Source: Alphaproteobacteria bacterium (GTDB lineage Bacteria > Pseudomonadota > Alphaproteobacteria > Rs-D84). From it: a DNA stretch of 64,000 nucleotides. The DNA lies in contig JAFVFD010000005.1 in the NCBI GenBank assembly GCA_017475605.1, forward strand, positions 217,758-281,757, read 5' to 3'. Position 1 is the stretch's first letter. Every line of letters starts with the position of its first letter. The position numbers and the translations under genes were made by a program. The notes below the pieces were generated by a model that was given only the letters and a program-made list of their open reading frames with translations, did not search any database and was not told the DNA's origin. This document shows positions 9,269-17,224 of this stretch, one piece after another.

Positions 9269-9484
9269 ATGAAAAAAATATCTGTATCTTTATCCGGGCA
9301 CCAAACCAGCATTTCACTGGAAGAAGATTTCATAGATGCCCTGCATAAAATAGCCACACACGATAATATTTCTGTTGCATCAATTATTCAAACAATTGAT
9401 GACATGCGTTCACCGGAATCTAATCTTTCTTCTGCGGTGCGTTCATACATATTGCGCCGATACATGAAAGAATCAAAATTATAA
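9269..9484 (+). CDS. Ribbon-helix-helix (RHH_4 family) small DNA-binding protein
   Basis: SVSLSGHQTSISLEEDFIDAL...NLSSAVRSYILRRY matches the alphaproteobacterial RHH_4 pattern (S.TL.GH.TS.SLE..FW..L......NLSSALRV). Its 3' end overlaps the convergent lnt by about 65 nt. Confidence 0.6.
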   Translation: MKKISVSLSGHQTSISLEEDFIDALHKIATHDNISVASIIQTIDDMRSPESNLSSAVRSYILRRYMKESKL

Positions 9485-11429
9485 TCATCCACCCATCACG
9501 ACCAATTGTGCGATAAATGGTATCGTGCGCCCCCCAAATCGTGCCGTCCAGTATACCACTTTGCCCGATTGGTAACGATGCCACAACTTCACCATCTGAC
9601 AAAACAAATGCACTTATTCCAGAATAATTAGCACGTATAACAGGTAACCCAGATTCAATCGCATAACGACGTACCATGTCAAGATGCTGATATGTACCCG
9701 GTGTATTTCCGAACCATGTATCATTAGTTATGTTTATAATCGCATTCGGCCGCAATTCCGTATTATTCGGCACCAAAGAATCTGAAAAGATGATTTCATA
9801 ACACACCGCCGGCGCGAATACAAAATCAGCGTTTTCCATATTTATTGAAATCAATTCTGCACCAGTCCCAGATGCTAAATCAATCGGTGCCGGCATAAAT
9901 CCCAATGGCCGATATTCCCCGAACGGCACCAGGTGTGATTTACTGTAAATATTATTTATATTTCCATCGGGTCCAGCCACAATCAAGGAATTATATGGCC
10001 GGCCATCTGATACAGACGTTGCCCCAATAATCACATTTGTTTTTAGCGCGGTTGCCAACGGCATATCGTCAGAATCTATTATTGTGTATGGATATGATGT
10101 TTCCGGGAAAACGACCAAATCGGGTTCCCCTTCGTCCGCCGCCATTTGAAAAAGTTTAATCAGATTTTCTTCTGCGCGCTTTAATGCGCCTTCACGCGAA
10201 TAAACCATCTTTTCTGATTGTGATTGTGCCGGCTGAACAATACGAATCATCGCCCCCGTTCCCATATCTTTTGACGACACTGAAATATTGTGTATACCGG
10301 AAAATCCGCCACATAGCGCGATTACTACAAACAATAAAAACACAAACCAATTGCGCCACGATTTTATATTTTGTAATAATTCCACCGTCGCCGCAATTAA
10401 CCCCACAATAACAAATGTTAATCCCAACGCGCCCCACACCGCCATTGAATTAGATATAATCGGGCAAGGCATTGTTATATTTGCAACAGGATTCCATGGG
10501 AAACCTGTAAACACCCATTCGCGCAACCATAAAACAAGTGTCCAGATACCCGCGAACATAAATGGCCGTCCCGCCCCATGCGCGCGGAACAATGCCACGA
10601 AAGGAATTGTAAATATCAATACGCCCGCAATTCCCAAACCAACCAAGCCAGGTATAGTCCATATAGCAAATTGTTTTGCAAGTTCTGGTACAACATATAT
10701 TGAATGTAGTGTCCACCAAAACATAGCGATGGAATACATCGCACCAAATGGTGCCACACGCAACATTTCACGCAAAACACCACCATGATTCATGCGCCTT
10801 GTTGTCAACCAATACGCACCACCGATGCCAATTAATGTTGCCCACCAGGCATAAAATGGCGCAAAACCAAATGCCGCAACACAGCCAAACAGTGCATATA
10901 GCGCATATTGCCAAAAACTATTTTCACGTATTTTTATTTTTTTCAACAACGAAATTGTGCGCGCACCTGGACAACAAGAACCATTGGTGCACTCTATTTT
11001 TTCTTCATCCAAATATGGATTTTTATAGCCCAATTTTTTCATAATTGCGATTTCACGCGATTCCATTATTTCCGCTTCATCATCGCGTATATGGTCATAA
11101 CCTTGCAAATGCAACATCCCATGCACCACCATATGCGCGGTATGTTCCGCAACCGATATGCCGGCGGCATCGGCTTCGCGTTTAACGGTATCAAGCGAAA
11201 TATAGATATCCCCCAACAATATATCATCTCCCAATTCAAACGACAGAACATTTGTTGGCTTATCCATACCACGATATTCTTTATTAAGTTTATGTATTTC
11301 GGCATCATTGGTCAGTGTAATAGACACTTCGGCATCACTACGTTTTGGGCCCGCCGCAGATGCGATTTTTTCAAAATCAACCGCATATTTTTTCCAACGT
11401 TTATCATCATAGTTTACATAAACTTTCAT
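9420..11429 (-). CDS. lnt: In-frame fusion ORF: N-terminal YbeY endoribonuclease domain + apolipoprotein N-acyltransferase (Lnt)
   Basis: N-terminal 140 aa carry the YbeY metal-binding motif HMVVHGMLHLQGYDH. The remaining roughly 520 aa have multi-TM helices followed by a CN-hydrolase domain typical of Lnt. There is no stop codon between the two parts. Confidence 0.8.
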   Translation of the reverse strand: MKVYVNYDDKRWKKYAVDFEKIASAAGPKRSDAEVSITLTNDAEIHKLNKEYRGMDKPTNVLSFELGDDILLGDIYISLDTVKREADAAGISVAEHTAHMVVHGMLHLQGYDHIRDDEAEIMESREIAIMKKLGYKNPYLDEEKIECTNGSCCPGARTISLLKKIKIRENSFWQYALYALFGCVAAFGFAPFYAWWATLIGIGGAYWLTTRRMNHGGVLREMLRVAPFGAMYSIAMFWWTLHSIYVVPELAKQFAIWTIPGLVGLGIAGVLIFTIPFVALFRAHGAGRPFMFAGIWTLVLWLREWVFTGFPWNPVANITMPCPIISNSMAVWGALGLTFVIVGLIAATVELLQNIKSWRNWFVFLLFVVIALCGGFSGIHNISVSSKDMGTGAMIRIVQPAQSQSEKMVYSREGALKRAEENLIKLFQMAADEGEPDLVVFPETSYPYTIIDSDDMPLATALKTNVIIGATSVSDGRPYNSLIVAGPDGNINNIYSKSHLVPFGEYRPLGFMPAPIDLASGTGAELISINMENADFVFAPAVCYEIIFSDSLVPNNTELRPNAIINITNDTWFGNTPGTYQHLDMVRRYAIESGLPVIRANYSGISAFVLSDGEVVASLPIGQSGILDGTIWGAHDTIYRTIGRDGWMIIILILSCIGAICMNAPQKKD

Positions 11430-11454
11430 TTGTCTTTTCCCCCGCTATATACAT

Positions 11455-13368
11455 CTAGGCGCGGCTTGCACCATTTTTAACATTTGCCATTGTTGTTTTT
11501 TGGGTTGCCTTTTTCTTGATACGCGCCGCCCCATCATTAAACGCTATTTTCTGGGACGTTTGCTTTGTGTTTTTCTTTAACAAATTAGTTACACGCGTAA
11601 CATCAGACTGTACACTTCGATTTCCATTTGCGACAGCTAATTTATAATTTGCCAATGCTTTATTCAAATTACCCAATTGCTCGTATGCAAATCCGGCATT
11701 ATATTGTGCGGCCGCATACTGTGATTTATCGCCAATACGTTTAACAATTTCTTGGGCATGAAAGATGGCTTCTTCGTAACGGCCCAAATGATTGCAAGTC
11801 GCAGCCAAATCATTATGCAATAATGCATTATCAGGATATTCTTCTGCTAGATTTTCAAACAACATAAATGCTGTTTCATAGTCACCTGACTTATATACCT
11901 TTACCGCATCTGCGTACAAGTTTTCATAATTCATAACATACGTAGATTTTTCTATCTGCTTTTCTTTCACTGATTTAATTACAGGTTTTAATTCACAAAT
12001 ATTTTTATCACATTCCACCAATGCAAAATCTGGCATGTAATCACGAACTTTTTTCCATCCCGCAATTGATTGTCCGTATTCATTAACCGGATTTTCTAGC
12101 CATTGTAAAAATTCTGCATATGTTGCCTTGTTTACAATTGTATTACCATTTACATCTTTTTTCCAAAAAGCAGATTTATCTGTATTCTTGTTTTTTACAT
12201 CTTTCTGTTTATACTTTAGAAAAGCAGAAAGGCCATCTATTGGACACTTCAACAAAACATCTGGGGTTAAATCACCAGTAAGCAAACCTGCCTCGACCCA
12301 ACGACGAATCCAGAGGCCACGTCCTTCGCGACAAAAATTACCAAGTGTATTTGCCACCGCCTTTTTAGATTTTCCGCCCAACCACATTTTTCCAAAACTG
12401 TATGTTGTATCTACAGGATTTTTCGCAAAAGCATCCAATACATCTTCTTCGGAAAGCCCAGCACCCTTATCTTTATAGGCTTGTCTCAAATCTGCGAAAC
12501 GATCATTTAATTGTCTGTTCCTTTTTTTGTTTATGAATTGTGGTTCAATTAAATTACTAAAACCGTTATACATAATAGATGCAATTGCCAATGCTTCTGG
12601 CACACTGTCTATATTTATAGAATTAAAGGCGGTATCATAACAATACATTCCGAAATAAGTTTCCCCTTCTTCAAGGTGCCAACGGGCTAACTCATATGCT
12701 TCTTCGGTTGTAATAGGTTTTGTATATGACGTAACAGATGTCCCGTCCTTTAATACCGTAGAACCAAAACCAATTGTTGCACGTCCTTTTGGTTTTTGTC
12801 CTGGTCGTAATGGTTTACCTGTTGCATCATCATAGACCACATGTAAACCATCTTCGTTTACACGCACACCCTCGTTTGCGACAAGACTGGCAATCAAGAA
12901 CGGTGTAACAGGTTTAATTTTTTCGCAATACCCGCCCAATGTTTTGTCTTCATATTTTAAGTCTATATTTTCAATTTTATCATCATCTATATTACCTGCC
13001 CCATCACGAGATTGAACAAACTTCGAACCGCCGATACCCAAACTGGCCAACAACATCCACCAAGACACAATTGATGTAAAATTAGGATTTTTCTTTATAA
13101 ACTTTGGGAACTTTTTATCAGCACCATTTTTATTTTTTCCGACCTTGATTTCAGAAAATAATTTTTCACCACCGCGTGTTATATGATTATCCAATGTGAT
13201 ATATTTTGCCAACCACAGCAAAGCCTGGGCTGTTGCCGCTGTTGTAATACCCGTACCGCGTGCAACCTTGCCAAACATTTTTTTGGGGGTAGTATCCTTG
13301 ATTTTTTTCCCCAGTTTTCCAACCGCCATGTGTGGCGCATTCACAATGTGTTGAAATTTTTCAGACAT
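11455..13368 (-). CDS. GH24 (phage-type) lysozyme-like domain protein with C-terminal TPR repeats
   Basis: NEDGLHVVYDD...RATIGFGST and ITTEEAYELARWHLEEGE...EALAIASIMYNGFSNL fit the E-x8-D/TIGYG/ITeeqA lysozyme pattern. The C-terminal 150 aa are TPR-like (YETAFMLFENLAEEYPDN, YNAGFAYEQLGNLNKA). Confidence 0.6.
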   Translation of the reverse strand: MSEKFQHIVNAPHMAVGKLGKKIKDTTPKKMFGKVARGTGITTAATAQALLWLAKYITLDNHITRGGEKLFSEIKVGKNKNGADKKFPKFIKKNPNFTSIVSWWMLLASLGIGGSKFVQSRDGAGNIDDDKIENIDLKYEDKTLGGYCEKIKPVTPFLIASLVANEGVRVNEDGLHVVYDDATGKPLRPGQKPKGRATIGFGSTVLKDGTSVTSYTKPITTEEAYELARWHLEEGETYFGMYCYDTAFNSINIDSVPEALAIASIMYNGFSNLIEPQFINKKRNRQLNDRFADLRQAYKDKGAGLSEEDVLDAFAKNPVDTTYSFGKMWLGGKSKKAVANTLGNFCREGRGLWIRRWVEAGLLTGDLTPDVLLKCPIDGLSAFLKYKQKDVKNKNTDKSAFWKKDVNGNTIVNKATYAEFLQWLENPVNEYGQSIAGWKKVRDYMPDFALVECDKNICELKPVIKSVKEKQIEKSTYVMNYENLYADAVKVYKSGDYETAFMLFENLAEEYPDNALLHNDLAATCNHLGRYEEAIFHAQEIVKRIGDKSQYAAAQYNAGFAYEQLGNLNKALANYKLAVANGNRSVQSDVTRVTNLLKKNTKQTSQKIAFNDGAARIKKKATQKTTMANVKNGASRA

Positions 13369-13381
13369 ATACTTCCCCTAT

Positions 13382-13744
13382 TTATTTCTTTCCAAAACCT
13401 GTACGTTTCGCAATTTTGGAACGTGTGCGCGCATAGTTCGGTGCCACGAACGGATAATCATGTGGCAACCCCCATTTTTCGCGATATTGTTCCGGTGTTA
13501 GATTAAATTTGCGTTTAATATAGCGGCGCAACATTATATGCCATGTACCATCTTCCAAACACTGAATCTTATCTGGCCGTACAGACTTTGCTATTTCAGA
13601 ATCACTTGCCGCCGACCCCAACAATGTTGTGCGCGCCTGGGCCACCGCCGCCGCCATGGTAAGTTTCGGATTTGCAGCCATCGCCGCCGCCGCCAGGTTT
13701 GCGATTGCCAGTGCAACTTCGGGCTCTTTATTATTATTTACCAT
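13382..13744 (-). CDS. mucR: MucR/Ros family zinc-finger transcriptional regulator
   Basis: IQCLEDG...HIMLRRYIKRKFNLTPEQYREKWGLPHDYPFVAPNYARTRSKIAK closely matches the Ros/MucR C-terminal motif. Confidence 0.85.
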   Translation of the reverse strand: MVNNNKEPEVALAIANLAAAAMAANPKLTMAAAVAQARTTLLGSAASDSEIAKSVRPDKIQCLEDGTWHIMLRRYIKRKFNLTPEQYREKWGLPHDYPFVAPNYARTRSKIAKRTGFGKK

Positions 13745-13823
13745 TTGCCAACCCCATATTTATGTACTATCATTATTATATCACAAATAAAGCACAAGTA
13801 AAATACAAGTAAAACAAAAATAG

Positions 13824-15101
13824 ATGACAACCGACACACGCCCTTTGGCAGATTTAATGCGTCCCAATACCATTGACGAAGTATTGGGGCAAACGGCTAT
13901 TTTGGGCGAAAACGGCCTTGTTCGCCGTATGGTTGAAAATCAAAAAATATCTAATTTGATTTTATGGGGTCCGCCGGGGTGTGGTAAAACAACGATTGCG
14001 CGCGCATTGGCTAATTCAGTTGATATGGATTTTGTCCCTATGTCCGCAGTGTTTTCCGGCACCGCCGATATTAAAAAGGCGGTAGAGGCGGCAAAACTTC
14101 GCAAACAAATCGGTCGTGGCACATTATTATTTATCGATGAAATCCATCGCTTTAATAAAACCCAACAGGACACACTTTTACCATATTTGGAAGATGGCAC
14201 CGTTGTTTTTATTGGTGCGACAACCGAAAACCCGTCTTTTAATTTAAACAATGCGTTATTGTCGCGCTGTCATATTGGGGTATTACAACCACTTGGCACA
14301 GATGATTTAATTGAATTGATGGCGCGCACTGAAAAATTCACCGGTAAAAAATTACCGCTGGATGCGGCGGCACGCACGCACCTTGCACAAATGGCGGACG
14401 GCGATGCACGATTTTTACTAAACACATTAGAATATTTATTAAATGCAAAATTTAAAAAAGATTTATCGCCAGACGAACTTGATAACACAATTCAGAAACG
14501 CGCACCATTATCCGACAAAACCGGCGATGAACATTATAATTTAATTTCTGCGGTACATAAATCGCTGCGCGCATCAGACACCGATGCGGCATTATATTGG
14601 GTTGCGCGCATGATGACCGGCGGTCAGGATCCTATGTATATATTCCGCCGTCTTACCCGCTTTGCGATGGAGGATGTAGGCCTGGCCGACCCGAACGCAA
14701 TTCAAATGGCAATTGCGACCTGGAACGCATACGAACGCATGGGCAGTCCCGAGGGCGACATTGCCCTGGCGGAATTGGTTGTATATCTTGGCACCGCACC
14801 AAAAAGCAATCGCCTGGACAAAGCAATACATGCGGCATACGCGGCGGCGAACGAGTTTGGGTCGTTGCCACCACCAAAAAATATTTTAAATGCCCCAACC
14901 CGCATGATGAAAAACATGGGCTATGGCGCGGGCTATATTTATGAACCAGATACCGAAAGCGGTTTTTCCGGACAAAATTGTTTTCCCGAATCAATGGGCC
15001 GACGCACTTTCTATACACCCGTTGAACGCGGTTTTGAACGTGAAATTAAAAAGCGACTTGATTATTGGAATGCCCTGCGTGAAAAATTGGGCAAGAAATA
15101 A
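13824..15101 (+). CDS. rarA: Replication-associated recombination protein A (AAA+ ATPase)
   Basis: Walker A GPPGCGKTT, Walker B LFIDEIHRFNK, and a RarA/MgsA C-terminal domain. Confidence 0.9.
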   Translation: MTTDTRPLADLMRPNTIDEVLGQTAILGENGLVRRMVENQKISNLILWGPPGCGKTTIARALANSVDMDFVPMSAVFSGTADIKKAVEAAKLRKQIGRGTLLFIDEIHRFNKTQQDTLLPYLEDGTVVFIGATTENPSFNLNNALLSRCHIGVLQPLGTDDLIELMARTEKFTGKKLPLDAAARTHLAQMADGDARFLLNTLEYLLNAKFKKDLSPDELDNTIQKRAPLSDKTGDEHYNLISAVHKSLRASDTDAALYWVARMMTGGQDPMYIFRRLTRFAMEDVGLADPNAIQMAIATWNAYERMGSPEGDIALAELVVYLGTAPKSNRLDKAIHAAYAAANEFGSLPPPKNILNAPTRMMKNMGYGAGYIYEPDTESGFSGQNCFPESMGRRTFYTPVERGFEREIKKRLDYWNALREKLGKK

Positions 15102-15103
15102 TA

Positions 15104-15853
15104 CTAGAATAAAATATTAACTTTTGCGCCGATTTGAACTTCTTCGTGTTCAAATTCATAGTCAAAGTGCGCAACATATTGTGTGCGACCGAATTGGGCA
15201 ACACCCTTTAAATTCAGCCATTCCTGGTTATAATGTGGGTTTGTTGATTTGCGGAATGTAAAACCACCGCCCACGCGCCACATTTGGTCAATACGAAAAT
15301 AAGATTCTGGGATAAAGTCAATATAACTCATTCCGCGGGTATCATCAAAAATCCAAGTAGATTTTATTGTCGCGGCCAACGATACACCCGCCCATTGCCG
15401 ACCGAAACGAAGTCCCGCGTAATATGATGAATCGGCAAACCATGGTGTTCGTACGTGTTTCGAACCACCGAAACGAAATCCCGCAATAACATCCGAAATT
15501 AATTTCGCATTATTGTCGTCCGCGCGCGCCATGCGATATGTCCCGCCAAGGTCGATACTGGAAAAACCATCGGCATCATCAACAAAATCAATTTGGTAAT
15601 GCACACGCCCCGAAATCGACAGCCGGTCGTTAAGGCCATAGCCGAATTCCTGGCCCAGCCTTAAGATATCATGTCCATATGAAATATCTGTTTTCGATAA
15701 AATTGCATCATCGCGCAAAATGAATAACGGATCAGATGTATCGGTTTCAATACCATAATCTGCGCGTGCCAAATTTGGCACAAACAAAAAAGCCAACACC
15801 GCAAAGATATTGAAAACCTGTTTCATATGACAACCCTTTGCCCGACCGAACAT
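15104..15853 (-). CDS. Outer-membrane beta-barrel protein (hypothetical)
   Basis: Signal peptide (likely start MKQVFNIFAVLAFLFVPNLARA at about 15826), alternating amphipathic strands, C-terminal aromatic residue (..VNILF). Confidence 0.55.
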   Translation of the reverse strand: MFGRAKGCHMKQVFNIFAVLAFLFVPNLARADYGIETDTSDPLFILRDDAILSKTDISYGHDILRLGQEFGYGLNDRLSISGRVHYQIDFVDDADGFSSIDLGGTYRMARADDNNAKLISDVIAGFRFGGSKHVRTPWFADSSYYAGLRFGRQWAGVSLAATIKSTWIFDDTRGMSYIDFIPESYFRIDQMWRVGGGFTFRKSTNPHYNQEWLNLKGVAQFGRTQYVAHFDYEFEHEEVQIGAKVNILF

Positions 15854-15855
15854 TT

Positions 15856-15884
15856 GTCCGGTCGGGTATGTTTTTATTTATGCA
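15856..15884 (-). terminator. Intrinsic terminator between tandem OMP genes
   Basis: cccgaccggacaaatgttcggtcggg stem (minus strand) followed by a T-run. Confidence 0.5.
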
Positions 15885-17114
15885 TTAGAATTGGAATATA
15901 GCCTGGATACCAATGCTTGTTTCGCGATAGTCGCTGATTTTAGCATCACCAGCCTTCATCCATTCATAGATATGTGTTCCAGGATTGCCCGCATCTTCTG
16001 CGCCCCACCACCAGAACGTTAAATCTTTATCATCGGCATCATCATACAATGATGTTTTCGCATAAAGGTTCAAAGCAAACCAGTCGTTTGGTTGCCAGCC
16101 AATTGCGCCCTTGATTGACAATTGGTTGTGCCAATCATAGTGGCCAAAGATGCCTTCGACATTTAATGTCCAATCTTCGGACAGAACACTGAATACACCC
16201 AAACCACCTTCGATATAGAATGCGTTTTTCGCATCGGCATCATATGCGATAAAGATTGCTTCTTCGTGATCGCCGGCATCTATGCCCTTGATACCGTTGC
16301 CATATGCGGTTCCGTCAAAGTCAACAAACCAGCCACGTGCCAAACCATAGATTGTTGAACGGGAAACCTTGTACCCAGCCTTCAAATCTAACACATAGTT
16401 ATTCGCAATATCTTTTTGATGTTGGAAATATGCAGATGCGGTCGCAATCCATTTGTCGTTATCAACAAAACGCCATTGTGCACCCAAACCAAACATATTC
16501 AAATCGTTGTCGTCCATTTTGTCATCTGGGGATGCGGACCAATCGAATTTATATTTATTAAATTCATATTGCAACATACCCAAAACAGCAATACGATCGG
16601 TGATTCCATAACTGAAATCTTCCTTGATTGCAAATTGTTTCATATCCCAAGCAGCCTTAGGATCAGACAGCGAGAATCCCGTCGCTTCGGTCAAAGCGAT
16701 ATCATACGAACCCATGTTATAACCGAAATCGGTTATCGAACCGAACTTGCCCTGTAACGGTTGAAAGAACGGATGCGCCAAATAATATTTGCGTTTCAAT
16801 TCAGTACGAACAGTTTCCGCGCGTGTTGTACGAACGGTCTGGGACGAATTGCCCGACGCATATTGTTTATATAATGCGCTGCGGTTAGCCGGCTGGGTAT
16901 AATACATATTTTTCCCGTCGTTAACCTGATATGTAGTTGTGGTTGTGCGTGTTTGATATTTCGCATAATCCACATTTTCGCGTGTACGTGTGGCCGGTGC
17001 ACCGGATAAATCCACGCTGGACCCCGCACGCGTTCCCCAATTTGTCGCCGCGCCCGCCGGCAATACAACCGCCAACGCCGCCACAGCACCCAATAAAGAT
17101 AATTGTTTCTTCAT
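15885..17114 (-). CDS. Outer-membrane beta-barrel protein (hypothetical, 409 aa)
   Basis: Signal peptide MKKQLSLLGAVAALAVVLPAGA, beta-strand-rich, ends ..IQAIFQF. Confidence 0.55.
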   Translation of the reverse strand: MKKQLSLLGAVAALAVVLPAGAATNWGTRAGSSVDLSGAPATRTRENVDYAKYQTRTTTTTYQVNDGKNMYYTQPANRSALYKQYASGNSSQTVRTTRAETVRTELKRKYYLAHPFFQPLQGKFGSITDFGYNMGSYDIALTEATGFSLSDPKAAWDMKQFAIKEDFSYGITDRIAVLGMLQYEFNKYKFDWSASPDDKMDDNDLNMFGLGAQWRFVDNDKWIATASAYFQHQKDIANNYVLDLKAGYKVSRSTIYGLARGWFVDFDGTAYGNGIKGIDAGDHEEAIFIAYDADAKNAFYIEGGLGVFSVLSEDWTLNVEGIFGHYDWHNQLSIKGAIGWQPNDWFALNLYAKTSLYDDADDKDLTFWWWGAEDAGNPGTHIYEWMKAGDAKISDYRETSIGIQAIFQF

Positions 17115-17159
17115 TATATATAACTCCTTTTGATAAATATTATATCATAAAACCACCCC

Positions 17160-17185
17160 TAAAAAAAGCACAAAGCACAAAAAAT
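17160..17185 (-). promoter_or_regulatory. Tandem TTGTGCTTT motif upstream of OMP gene
   Basis: Minus strand reads TTGTGCTTTGTGCTTT about 50-65 nt upstream of the start at 17114. The same tandem motif occurs upstream of yajC. Confidence 0.3.
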
Positions 17186-17224
17186 AATTTGGGAAAGATT
17201 TTCACAAAAAGAGGCATGCGCCCG

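Noticed and set aside
9420-11429. ybeY-lnt junction as a simple frameshift artefact
   Set aside because: Both domains are in the same frame with no stop for 670 codons. An indel cannot be excluded without reads, but it is not a frameshift between overlapping frames.
10288-11480. Several 90-190-aa + strand ORFs inside lnt/ybeY
   Set aside because: They are antisense to a long, well-supported ORF, with His/Cys-rich nonsense composition.
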